Below are positions 57,512 through 64,000 of a stretch of 64,000 nucleotides of DNA, piece by piece; within the stretch, counting starts at the first letter, position 1; the number at the start of each line of letters is the position of its first letter. Location of the stretch: the NCBI GenBank assembly GCA_012295275.1, contig CM022666.1, positions 6,386,001-6,450,000 of the forward strand. Reading direction: 5' to 3'. This DNA comes from Chrysomallon squamiferum. Lineage: Eukaryota; Animalia; Mollusca. A model generated the notes under the pieces. It saw only the letters and a list, made by a program, of their open reading frames with translations. It searched no databases and was not told the origin of the DNA. The position numbers and the translations under genes are program-made.

Positions 57512-60500
57512 TTATTGAAAAGTTGTGTCTAATGAAAATGCTCCAGCCAGCCTAAAATCACCCTCAACCAAAACACAATACATCTTCTGTGGAAGAACTC
57601 TAGAGTAAGGAGCTGGTCGAGGCACCATTGCTCTCAGAATGTACTCTCTGGCAGAAGCTCTGGGAAAGTCTGGAACAGTACTGGCAGGTTTATGTGGTTC
57701 TTCAGGCAAGTGTCTGGCATCTTTATCTTCATCCAGAAGCATAAATTCAGCTTTTTGTGATGCCACAAACAGCTTATGTATTATGGAACCTGCAGGTCCA
57801 CAAGGACCACCTCTTACATTTACTTCAGGATGTTGAAGAAGACTTGATACAAATAACTGCAGTTCTTCTTCCCCACCTGCTTTCTCCAGCATTTCTGGTG
57901 TGAACTTAGACTTCAGAGATCTCGTCCTTGCTATGACTGTTTCAGCTAGTTCAATCATCTGAACAATTTGCTCGTATTTCCTATTCAAAGGATAATGAGA
58001 GAGTTTAATTGATTTAGATACAATCTGATTTACCAATGTTTTTAATGTTGGAACATCTGGTTCTTCATTTTCAAGAATCTTAACAATGGAGGCATGCAAC
58101 AAAACAGGCATCAACTGGACAACAACATCTGCAGGTTTCAGAGAGGCTAGAAAATGCAACACTTTTTCAGCTTCTTTAGTGTCATCGAACAACCTTTTCT
58201 GTCGTCTGGCTGGTACTGGCCGAGCACTCTGCCACACTTCTACCCACATATTTCCAGGAATTTGCATTCGTGGACTGAGATGGCCATGGACAATCACCTG
58301 ACCATTTTCTTCCACTTCTTTCTCAATGTAATCACGAGGTGAGTACCATCTGACAAAATCCTCCAAAGTACATCCAGGATTGGCACCTTTGAAAGATTCC
58401 ATGTCAGAAAGCAGACAGGCACTTTGCATTCGAGCTCTGAGCTGGGTACCTTCAGGAGATGAGCCAAGTTTAGCCAAAACTTCAGCATGTTCCTCCAGCA
58501 TGTCTTCAGTCATAGGAGATGGTTCCTGAGTGATTGGAATATATAAAGGTTCGCCTGAACTAAGAAGTTTCAAGTCTTTGCAAGGAGCTAACCGTCCTTC
58601 TGGTTTGTGAGTTATACTATCACTGAAAGTATCATTGGCACTAGACTCCAAATTCTCTTGCTGCAGTGTTTTTGTCTTTTCATCAACATTTTCATCTTCA
58701 CACTCAAAAAATTCATCATCACTTGAACTTCCCCCGCTGGCAATAAAATCAGTCTTAGATGAATTAGATTTACGAACACCTGGAGATATAACATTTGAAC
58801 TGTCACTGCATATAAATGCCTGAGCATTGAGATTTGCATCTTGTGGTACAATTGTTTCTCTTGGTGAAGATTCCAAATTATAACCCATAGATTCCCTCTT
58901 CTTTTTCCTTTCTATGCAGCAGTTTAGCATTTGAAGTTTCTGATGTAAAAGACAGGCACCTAAGTTTGGCTGGCTCTGCTCCACTCCACAGATCAGGTGA
59001 CTATTTTCCCACCTGTACCTCATTTCCAAAATGAACTCTTGCCACAGATGTGCTACTGCACTAAGGCCACCATGATTGTGATTGATGATGCAGAAAGTAA
59101 CTGCCAATTTGTAAGTCAGACTGTCTATAGGAGCAGATTTCATCTGTTTGTTCAGTTCCTTCATACATTCTTGATATCTTTCAGACTTTGGAGTTTTATC
59201 CACTTCATCAGATTCAGTGTTTTCTTTATTTTCTGCACTGACTGAAGCTGAACCTTGAGCATCAGGAAACAAGAAAAATAAAATCTGATTTAGCATTTCT
59301 TCTGGAATAGGTGCCTCATCAGGTTTCATCTTCAGTCTGGCTGTTGCATTAGAAACCACATTTCCTATTGATGGAATGGAGTATGACATGGATGGTTCTG
59401 TAAGTCGCTGAAGTACTTGGCTGATATCTCCTGTTTGTTGCTTATCTTGTTCTTCAGATATTTTGCTACCTAGAAGTTCATCAGTGGTTTCTTTCCGATT
59501 GCAAAGACTCAGGAATTCCCGAAGGTAATCACCAAGCAAACATAAAACATCGTCAGTCATACTGACTCTAACACTCCACTGCGGTGCTTGCAATGGATCA
59601 AGATCAGAGTATATTTGGTTTTCTACAATCATATCTTCTGACAAACTTGGCCAAGTACAAGACAAGTTTAGATCACTTACTGGATCTTCACAAACACCAA
59701 ATGGCAGAACATAGAAACTTTTACATCCCACTTCTCCTTCCATTATACCAGCAAAGTCAGGCATTTCCTGAGCCCAGAAGGAGCTTCCCCAGTCTTGCAA
59801 GATGTATGTGAATCGAACAGATACTGAAACTGGTGGCATTGATATGTACACACAGCCAAGTTTAGACTTGAACACATCGAGCAGACCTGCAAGGTGGTTA
59901 TACTGAGATGGTGCTTTCTTCAAATGAACCATTTCAAACTCAACACTTGCTCCAGGAAGACTACACGTTCCACAATACAGTTTGCGCCAGCTTTGTTGGA
60001 TCTGAATAAAGACTGGGACAGTACAACAAGTATTATTTAAAGCAACACTGGATGAACTTAGTAACAGTTTGGAACGACTTTCTGTATCAATACTTTCATT
60101 TGTTGCTGGCGAGATTATCAAGAATTCTTGCAATCCAAACCAGCGACATAAACAATGAGCTCTGGATGGAAAATCGTTGTCAAGATTCATCATATCTGAA
60201 AAAACCGTTGGCGTCTTTTCTTCATCTTCATCTTCAACGAACTCATCAGATTCATCTGGTCTTTCTTTCTCTTCCGAGCTCCTCGTTTCATTTGGTATAG
60301 CCGATTTTAAATATTTGTGAACGATTTTAAATTTAAAATCCGCAAAATCTATTGCCTCACTGCGTTCTTCCCAAGTTCCATTAGTATATTCATCTTTTGG
60401 AGCTGGCTGAAGAGGTGGGCGGTTTGCCAGTTTCCATTCATGAAGTATTTCTTCCAATCGTGCAATAAATCGTTCCCAATCAGATGCTGTAGTAAAATCT

Positions 60501-60535
60501 GTGATTTCAAACACATCTGTATCTTCGTCTGCCAT
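57512..60535 (-). CDS. RAB3GAP1: Rab3 GTPase-activating protein catalytic subunit, 1007 aa, single coding exon
   Basis: N-terminus FEITDFTTASDWERFIARLEE. Conserved LHQKLQMLNCCIERKK, PITQEPSPMTEDMLEE, LLSDMESFKGANPGCTLEDFVRWYSPRD, LFDDTKEAEKVLH. C-terminus FRLAGAFSLDTTF. Confidence 0.97.
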   Translation of the reverse strand: MADEDTDVFEITDFTTASDWERFIARLEEILHEWKLANRPPLQPAPKDEYTNGTWEERSEAIDFADFKFKIVHKYLKSAIPNETRSSEEKERPDESDEFVEDEDEEKTPTVFSDMMNLDNDFPSRAHCLCRWFGLQEFLIISPATNESIDTESRSKLLLSSSSVALNNTCCTVPVFIQIQQSWRKLYCGTCSLPGASVEFEMVHLKKAPSQYNHLAGLLDVFKSKLGCVYISMPPVSVSVRFTYILQDWGSSFWAQEMPDFAGIMEGEVGCKSFYVLPFGVCEDPVSDLNLSCTWPSLSEDMIVENQIYSDLDPLQAPQWSVRVSMTDDVLCLLGDYLREFLSLCNRKETTDELLGSKISEEQDKQQTGDISQVLQRLTEPSMSYSIPSIGNVVSNATARLKMKPDEAPIPEEMLNQILFFLFPDAQGSASVSAENKENTESDEVDKTPKSERYQECMKELNKQMKSAPIDSLTYKLAVTFCIINHNHGGLSAVAHLWQEFILEMRYRWENSHLICGVEQSQPNLGACLLHQKLQMLNCCIERKKKRESMGYNLESSPRETIVPQDANLNAQAFICSDSSNVISPGVRKSNSSKTDFIASGGSSSDDEFFECEDENVDEKTKTLQQENLESSANDTFSDSITHKPEGRLAPCKDLKLLSSGEPLYIPITQEPSPMTEDMLEEHAEVLAKLGSSPEGTQLRARMQSACLLSDMESFKGANPGCTLEDFVRWYSPRDYIEKEVEENGQVIVHGHLSPRMQIPGNMWVEVWQSARPVPARRQKRLFDDTKEAEKVLHFLASLKPADVVVQLMPVLLHASIVKILENEEPDVPTLKTLVNQIVSKSIKLSHYPLNRKYEQIVQMIELAETVIARTRSLKSKFTPEMLEKAGGEEELQLFVSSLLQHPEVNVRGGPCGPAGSIIHKLFVASQKAEFMLLDEDKDARHLPEEPHKPASTVPDFPRASAREYILRAMVPRPAPYSRVLPQKMYCVLVEGDFRLAGAFSLDTTFQ

Positions 60536-60551
60536 TGCACTTTTCGTTTGG

Positions 60552-60566
60552 TTAGGCCGCCACCAT
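60552..60566 (-). promoter_or_regulatory. 4-codon upstream ORF (MVAA*) in the RAB3GAP1 leader
   Basis: GAAATGGTGGCGGCCTAA in strong Kozak context, ending 16 nt before the main ATG. Confidence 0.5.
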
Positions 60567-60779
60567 TTCAGATTAAATATCTATAATGTGAAGGTAACGA
60601 ATAAACATCTTTCAATATTTTTGTCCAAGCTGGCACTTTTCATCCATTTTAGATATTTTTCTTTTCGTCAAGGGAAGCAATTCATATTTTTACATATCAA
60701 GCTTTCTAAACAACTACTCTGAAGTTTCGAGATACGGAAAAGAGAACACTAATAAACGTTATTTTAAATTAATTATACA

Positions 60780-61087
<308 letters not shown>

Positions 61088-61897
61088 CTCTATGAATTAC
61101 TGTTTATAGTTTATCATGAATATAGATATCAGCTTGAATTTCATCTAAATCTACCGAATTAAAATCTATAGATTACTTTTACAAGACAGCAAACACAGAA
61201 TTTAACTGTCTAGAAAACTGTCAAAACGTACGATTATTTTATAACTTCGGGAAAGTTCATAACATGCAGTTCTCATTTTTATGAAACTGTCATCAATACA
61301 TTCTTTTATTTTGGCAAAACTAATTCATATAACAGCACTTTACTTCAACTATTTGCACCCGATACGGAATATATATCTAATGACGGTACAGCTAGTTTTA
61401 TTCATATATTAATTGAATAACGGTAAATGGTAAGGCATCCAGAAAAAAACTGTATGGACATGGCCCCAAATATTTAATGCAAATGCGGAAAACTCAGATT
61501 ACAGGCGACGTAAAATACTTCCAGGATGGTAGACATCTACAGCGACATAAAAGGATGAGCGGATTCTTGGACACAGGTGAAAGGAGCCAGTAATTATTAT
61601 CGTACTAGTATTAGTTCATAGGTAGGTTAGGTTTTATCATGCAGCTTTGTATCAGAGGCTTTTTTATACTTAAAAAGGTACAGAAACAACAGCTAGGATT
61701 TTATCCACGTTTATAATGACCGACTGGGGTATTCCAGTTAGGGTTTTGTTTGATGGAATTTTTTCATTTGGGTTTTGTCTAGGATGACGTCCAAAACTAA
61801 TTTCGGTATACCTGTGTTTAGCAGTTTAGGTAGATGACGATATGTATTTAGTAAATATTTTCAGTCAACCCCGCTTAGTTCTCAGTTTAAGTGTACA

Positions 61898-61953
<56 letters not shown>

Positions 61954-62050
61954 TGTGTTTGTGTTTGTATTTCTCTGTATATGTGCATCCATATTTAAGT
62001 CTTCAATATAGTTAGTTAACTGGATGTCTGTTAAAATAATCTACATGTCG

Positions 62051-62099
<49 letters not shown>

Positions 62100-62731
62100 A
62101 CAACAACAACAACAACAATAAAAAGAATAAAAGTAAAAGTAAGAGTAAGAATAAGAATAAGAACGAGAGTAAGAGTAAGAGTAAGAGTAAGAATAAGAGT
62201 AAGAATAAGAATAAGAATAAGAGTAAGAGTAAGAGAAAGAGTAAAAATAAGAATAATAATACAAGCATTTTTTCTTCTTTTATAAAAACAGTAAGGATAT
62301 AATTTAATAATAATTTTCACTATGATTCACATTTGAAAATGTTAACTTGAAAGATTTAAAATAAATAATAATAATTAAAAATAAAAATAAATAAATAAAT
62401 AAAAATATTTTGTCAATTTATTTCTGTTAATCAATCACAACATTTTGTTTAGTAAATATTTTTTCTCATCTCAATGCCGTTTAGGAACTTAATCAAATTT
62501 AAGGGTAAGTAATTTTGACAAATAAAAATGTGATGTTTTCTAATTATATTAATAATTTCATGAAATTTTAGAAAAGAACACGAACGGTGACATCTTAAAT
62601 TGTTGAAATATTTATTAACGTTTTAAAGGACATTTTCTGCGGACTGTACTTCACAAAAATAATATTCCATTTCCGGAACCGGCAAAGTAGAAATATAATT
62701 TGGTGAAAGATCTTGTTTGTTAGACTCCAAA

Positions 62732-63970
62732 ATGTCAGCTTTTCCTGTCATTGGAACTTCTGGATTCTGTACGTTTAATATCTTTCTTTGTTTTCATAAT
62801 AAAGCGAACTTTGCAAACCACAAATTAACACGATGTGATACATAAAGTTAATAGATATCAATTAACTAAGTCAAAAGTATTTTATTCGATGATTATAAGA
62901 TTCTTAAACATTGAGTTACATTCGTAACATTGGTAAGAACTGACAGATAAAGCTCACACTGATAATTAATATCGATCGGCAGTTATAAAAAATGTAAAAA
63001 AAATATATATATATTTGTAACATGTTGATTGTTTAAAAGTTATTTTCAAATTTCTTATAGCTAGTTTTGTGTTTAGTGTTTTACCTTCTTAAAAAGTTAA
63101 ACTATTAAATTTTGACATCAACAAATAATACATAAAATATAAAATATATAAATATATAAACACAAATTTCTGCTTTTATTGAGAAACAATCGACATTTAT
63201 TTTGATTTTTTTGGATAACAAATGCTTGATTTCAAAATTAAAATATATACGTTTTTTGTTGTTGTTTTTGTTCTGTTTGTTTGTTTATATATCACACACA
63301 CTTAAACATAATCATAATTGTGAAATGTATTTTATTTGCAGACAAAGCTCCTATCAGTAAATGTCTTTTGTTTCTGTCTCCAATGGCGTCATTTGCACTG
63401 GGATTTCCATTACAGCATTATCAGCACCTGTTTGTTTACAATCCACAGATGATTTTTGACAAAAGTCAGGTAAAGGCTCAAACAAAATGCTTATGTTTAA
63501 TTTACAACTCTGTAATATTTGTTTAATATACAGAAACAAAAGGATTAGTTATTTTATTCATAGAATGATAGTTAAGTTGTTAACCTGTGTGTATATATAT
63601 TATATACATACACATATATATATATATTAATTTATTTTAATTTCTTTAATTTTTTATTATTATTTAAAAGATCAAAACATAATTTATTCTAATTGTACCA
63701 TTAGTTTTCAGATTCAGCACAGATTTGATCTATTTATAATTATTTTAGTGAAAAATAAAAATATAATGTAATATAATATAATATAATGTAGTATATAATA
63801 ATTTAATATAATATAGTGAAAGAATATTAAATATATTTGATGTTTTTAAGGTATGGAGATTGTTCACTTCCAAACTGGTATTCCTCGATCCCAAAGACCT
63901 AATGGTTTGTTGCATGCTCTTCTATTACTTCAGGATTTTTGAGAGAAGATATGGTTCCAGAAAATTTGCA
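62732..63970 (+). CDS. UBAC2: Ubiquitin-associated domain-containing protein 2 (rhomboid pseudoprotease), first three exons; continues beyond the window
   Basis: Exons 62732-62768, 63342-63469 and 63851-63970 splice in phase to MSAFPVIGTSGFYKAPISKCLL...QVWRLFTSKLVFLDPKDL...YYFRIFERRYGSRKFA. This matches the remembered UBAC2 N-terminus (SGLYKAPLSK...FRIFERRYGSRKFA). Confidence 0.92.
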
Positions 63971-64000
63971 GTAAGTTAAATACATTTTTATTATCACTTG

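Noticed and set aside
57639-60300. Short antisense and alternative-frame ORFs over RAB3GAP1
   Set aside because: Shadows of the real coding sequence.

Overview
AT-rich, microsatellite-dense animal genomic DNA. It is most likely molluscan, possibly a gastropod; this is inferred from gene content and repeat style, not proven. Almost all short ORFs in the supplied track are simple-repeat artefacts; the real genes are spliced and were reconstructed by hand from GT-AG junctions and codon phase. In order: (1) a small secreted conodipine-like phospholipase A2 (+, 3910-4833), sitting in the second unit of a tandem duplication whose first unit lacks the coding exons; (2) an 8-exon Gfo/Idh/MocA (IolG/YrbE-like) oxidoreductase with a probable mitochondrial leader (-, 8730-15902); (3) an adhesion GPCR with GAIN/GPS and 7TM (-, ~18261-29370), which as assembled has TGA at codon 2, an out-of-frame preferred acceptor and a GC-AG intron; (4) a complete 23-exon receptor guanylyl cyclase (-, 31251-52627); (5) an intronless RAB3GAP1 (-, 57512-60535); (6) the first three exons of UBAC2 (+, from 62732), divergent from RAB3GAP1. 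The most unusual signal is repeated local copying of exon/splice-junction sequence: two inverted, internally deleted copies of cyclase exons, a displaced copy of a GPCR acceptor, and several minisatellites built from splice sites.
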